Positions 60,095 to 64,000 of a stretch of DNA of 64,000 nucleotides are shown in pieces. Under the pieces are notes generated by a model. That model was not told where the DNA came from and did no database searches. It was given only the letters and a program-made list of their open reading frames with translations. Positions within the stretch are counted from its first letter, which is position 1. Each line of letters opens with the position of its first letter. Made by a program: the position numbers and the translations under genes. The DNA comes from Macrostomum hystrix (lineage: Eukaryota > Animalia > Platyhelminthes): positions 10,726,001 through 10,790,000 of the forward strand of contig CATNEN010000003.1 in assembly GCA_950097015.1 (NCBI GenBank). The letters run 5' to 3'.

Positions 60095-63000
60095 ATTTCC
60101 CTAAATCCCGAAACCTCCAATCTTCAGATCCTCACTTATTTCCCAAATCCCTTAATCTCCAATCTTCAGATCCTCACTTATTTCCTAAATCCCTAAATCT
60201 CTAATCTTCAGATCCTCACTTATTTCCCCAATCCCTAAACCTCCAATCTTCATATTCTCATTTATTTCCTAAATCCCTAAACCTCCAATCTTCATATTCT
60301 CATTTATTTCCTAAATACCTAAATCTCTCATCTTCAGATCCTCACTTATTTCCCCAATCCCTAAACCTCCAATCTTCAGATTCTCATTTATTTCCTAAAT
60401 CCCTAAACCTCCAATCTTCATATTCTCATTTATTTCCTAAATCCCTAATTCTCTAATCTTCAGATTCTCACTTATTTCCCAAATCCCTAAATCTCTAATC
60501 TTCAGATTCTCACTTATTTCCCAAATCCCTAAATCTCTAATCTTCAGGTTCTCACTTATTTCCCAAATCCCTAAATCTCTAATCTTCAGATTCTCACTTA
60601 TTTCCCAAATCCCTAAATCTCTAATCTTCAGATTCTCACTTATTTCCCAAATCCCTAAATCTCTAATCTTCAGGTTCTCACTTATTTCCCAAATCCCTAA
60701 ATCTCTAATCTTCAGATTCTCACTTATTTCCCGAATCCCTAAACCTCCAATCTTCAGATTCTCATTTTTGCCCAAATCCCTAAATCTCTAATCTTCAGAT
60801 TCTCATTTATTTCCCAAATCCCTAAACCTCCAATCTTCAGATTCTCATTTATTTCCCAAATCCCTAAACCTCCAATCTTCAGATTCTCACTTATTTCCCG
60901 AATCCCTTAACCTCTAATCTTCAGATTCTCATTTATTTCCCAAATCCCTAAACCTCCAATCTTCAGACCATTACTTATTTCCCAAATCCCTAAACCTCCA
61001 ATCTTCAGATCCTTACTTATTTCCCGAATCCCTAAACCTCCAATCTTCAGATTCTCATTTTTTCCCAAATCCCTAAATCTCTAATCTTCAGATTCTCACT
61101 TATTTCCCAAATCCCTAAATCTCTAATCTTCAGGTTCTCACTTATTTCCCCAATCCCTAAACCTCCAATCTTCAGATTCTCACTTATTTCCCAAATCCCT
61201 AAATCTCTAATCTTCAGATTCTCACTTATTTCCCAAATCCCTAAATCTCTAATCTTCAGGTTCTCACTTATTTCCCAAATCCCTAAATCTCTAATCTTCA
61301 GATTCTCACTTATTTCCCAAATCCCTAAATCTCTAATCTTCAGATTCTCACTTATTTCCCAAATCCCTAAATCTCTAATCTTCAGGTTCTCACTTATTTC
61401 CCAAATCCCTAAATCTCTAATCTTCAGATTCTCACTTATTTCCCGAATCCCTAAACCTCCAATCTTCAGATTCTCATTTTTTCCCAAATCCCTAAATCTC
61501 TAATCTTCAGATTCTCATTTATTTCCCAAATCCCTAAACCTCCAATCTTCAGATTCTCATTTATTTCCCAAATCCCTAAACCTCCAATCTTCAGATTCTC
61601 ACTTATTTCCCGAATCCCTTAACCTCTAATCTTCAGATTCTCATTTATTTCCCAAATCCCTAAACCTCCAATCTTCAGACCATTACTTATTTCCCAAATC
61701 CCTAAACCTCCAATCTTCAGACCATTACTTATTTCCCAAATCCCTAAACCTCCAATCTTCAGATCCTTACTTATTTCCCGAATCCCTAAACCTCCAATCT
61801 TCAGATTCTCATTTTTTCCCAAATCCCTAAATCTCTAATCTTCAGATTCTCACTTATTTCCCGAATCCCTAAACCTCCAATCTTCAGATTCTCATTTTTT
61901 CCCAAATCCCTAAATCTCTAATCTTCAGATTCTCACTTATTTCCCAAATCCCTAAACCTCCAATCTTCAGATTCTCACTTATTTCCCGAATCCCTTAACC
62001 TCTAATCTTCAGATTCTCATTTATTTCCCAAATCCCTAAACCTCCAATCTTCAGACCATTACTTATTTCCCAAATCCCTAAACCTCCAATCTTCAGACCA
62101 TTACTTATTTCCCAAATCCCTAAACCTCCAATCTTCAGATCCTTACTTATTTCCCGAATCCCTAAACCTCCAATCTTCAGATTCTCATTTTTTCCCAAAT
62201 CCCTAAATCTCTAATCTTCAGATTCTCACTTATTTCCCGAATCCCTAAACCTCCAATCTTCAGATTCTCATTTTTTCCCAAATCCCTAAATCTCTAATCT
62301 TCAGATTCTCACTTATTTCCCAAATCCCTAAACGTCCAATCTTGAGATCCTCACTTTTTTCCCGAAACCCTAAACCTCCAATCTTGAGATTCTCACTTAT
62401 TTCCCAAATCCCTAAACCTCCAATCTTCAGATTCTCACTTATTTCCCAAATCCCTAAATCTCTAATCTTCAGATTCTCACTTATTTCCCAAATCCCTAAA
62501 TCTCTAATCTTCAGGTTCTCACTTATTTCCCAAATCCCTAAATCTCTAATCTTCAGATTCTCACTTATTTCCCGAATCCCTAAACCTCCAATCTTCAGAT
62601 TCTCATTTTTTCCCAAATCCCTAAATCTCTAATCTTCAGATTCTCATTTATTTCCCAAATCCCTAAACCTCCAATCTTCAGATTCTCATTTATTTCCCAA
62701 ATCCCTAAACCTCCAATCTTCAGATTCTCACTTATTTCCCGAATCCCTTAACCTCTAATCTTCAGATTCTCATTTATTTCCCAAATCCCTAAACCTCCAA
62801 TCTTCAGACCATTACTTATTTCCCAAATCCCTAAACCTCCAATCTTCAGACCATTACTTATTTCCCAAATCCCTAAACCTCCAATCTTCAGATCCTTACT
62901 TATTTCCCGAATCCCTAAACCTCCAATCTTCAGATTCTCATTTTTTCCCAAATCCCTAAATCTCTAATCTTCAGATTCTCACTTATTTCCCGAATCCCTA

Positions 63001-64000
63001 AACCTCCAATCTTCAGATTCTCATTTTTTCCCAAATCCCTAAATCTCTAATCTTCAGATTCTCACTTATTTCCCAAATCCCTAAACGTCCAATCTTGAGA
63101 TCCTCACTTTTTTCCCGAAACCCTAAACCTCCAATCTTGAGATTCTCACTTATTTCCCAAATCCCTAAACCTCCAATCTTCAGATTCTCACTTATTTCCC
63201 AAATCCCTAAATCTCTAATCTTCAGATTCTCACTTATTTCCCGAATCCCTAAACCTCTAATCTTCAGGTTCTCACTTATTTCCCGAATCCCTAAACCTCC
63301 AATCTTCAGATTCTCACTTATTTCCCGAATCCCTAAACCTCCAATCTTCAGATTCTCACTTATTTCCCGAATCCCTAAACCTCTAATCTTCAGATTCTCA
63401 CTTATTTCCCGAATCCCTAAACCTCCAATCTTCAGATTCTCATTTTTTCCCAAATCCCTAAATCTCTAATCTTCAGATTCTCATTTATTTCCCAAATCCC
63501 TAAACCTCCAATCTTCAGATTCTCACTTATTTCCCGAATCCCTTAACCTCTAATCTTCAGATTCTCATTTATTTCCCAAATCCCTAAACCTCCAATCTTC
63601 AGACCATTACTTATTTCCCAAATCCCTAAACCTCCAATCTTCAGACCATTACTTATTTCCCAAATCCCTAAACCTCCAATCTTCAGATCCTTACTTATTT
63701 CCCGAATCCCTAAACCTCCAATCTTCAGATTCTCATTTTTTCCCAAATCCCTAAATCTCTAATCTTCAGATTCTCACTTATTTCCCGAATCCCTAAACCT
63801 CCAATCTTCAGATTCTCATTTTTTCCCAAATCCCTAAATCTCTAATCTTCAGATTCTCACTTATTTCCCAAATCCCTAAACGTCCAATCTTGAGATCCTC
63901 ACTTTTTTCCCGAAACCCTAAACCTCCAATCTTGAGATTCTCACTTATTTCCCAAATCCCTAAACCTCCAATCTTCAGATTCTCACTTATTTCCCAAATC
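60095..64000. repeat. 41-42-bp satellite array running off the window end
   Basis: (CTCACTTATTTCCCAAATCCCTAAATCTCTAATCTTCAGATT)n with recurring variant blocks. Confidence 0.97.

Noticed and set aside
60437-63746. ENLKIRDLGIWEIS ORFs (LRR-like look)
   Set aside because: Satellite translations repeatedly broken by 41-bp units.

Overview
Eukaryotic (animal) genomic DNA: intron-containing genes with GT-AG splice sites, separated and interrupted by about 25 distinct mini/microsatellite arrays. The style resembles a repeat-rich invertebrate such as the flatworm Macrostomum (inference only). Genes in order, all + strand: (1) a 4-exon flotillin-1; (2,3) a tandem pair of 3-exon genes, each fusing a very long, near-identical ankyrin-repeat array (about 53 and about 40 repeats) to a cGAS/Mab-21-like (cGLR) nucleotidyltransferase with an intact GS...DxD...D catalytic signature; (4) an 11-exon anosmin-1/KAL1-like gene lacking the WAP domain; (5) a 4-exon orphan coiled-coil gene; (6) a C4orf45/SPMIP2-like ORF. 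Between the two ANK-cGLR genes lie a decayed Polinton/adintovirus-like fragment (PLA2X + rve integrase), a possible hAT MITE and a decayed LOA-type LINE (RT + RNase H). Elsewhere there are three copies of a tRNA-derived SINE and a decayed mariner. The main candidate for a novel system is the ANK-cGLR pair. Its ankyrin framework is homogenised at the DNA level, while variation falls on the residues randomised in DARPin libraries, suggesting a recombination-diversified sensor coupled to a cyclic-nucleotide signalling enzyme. All gene models and family calls were made by eye; no searches were run.
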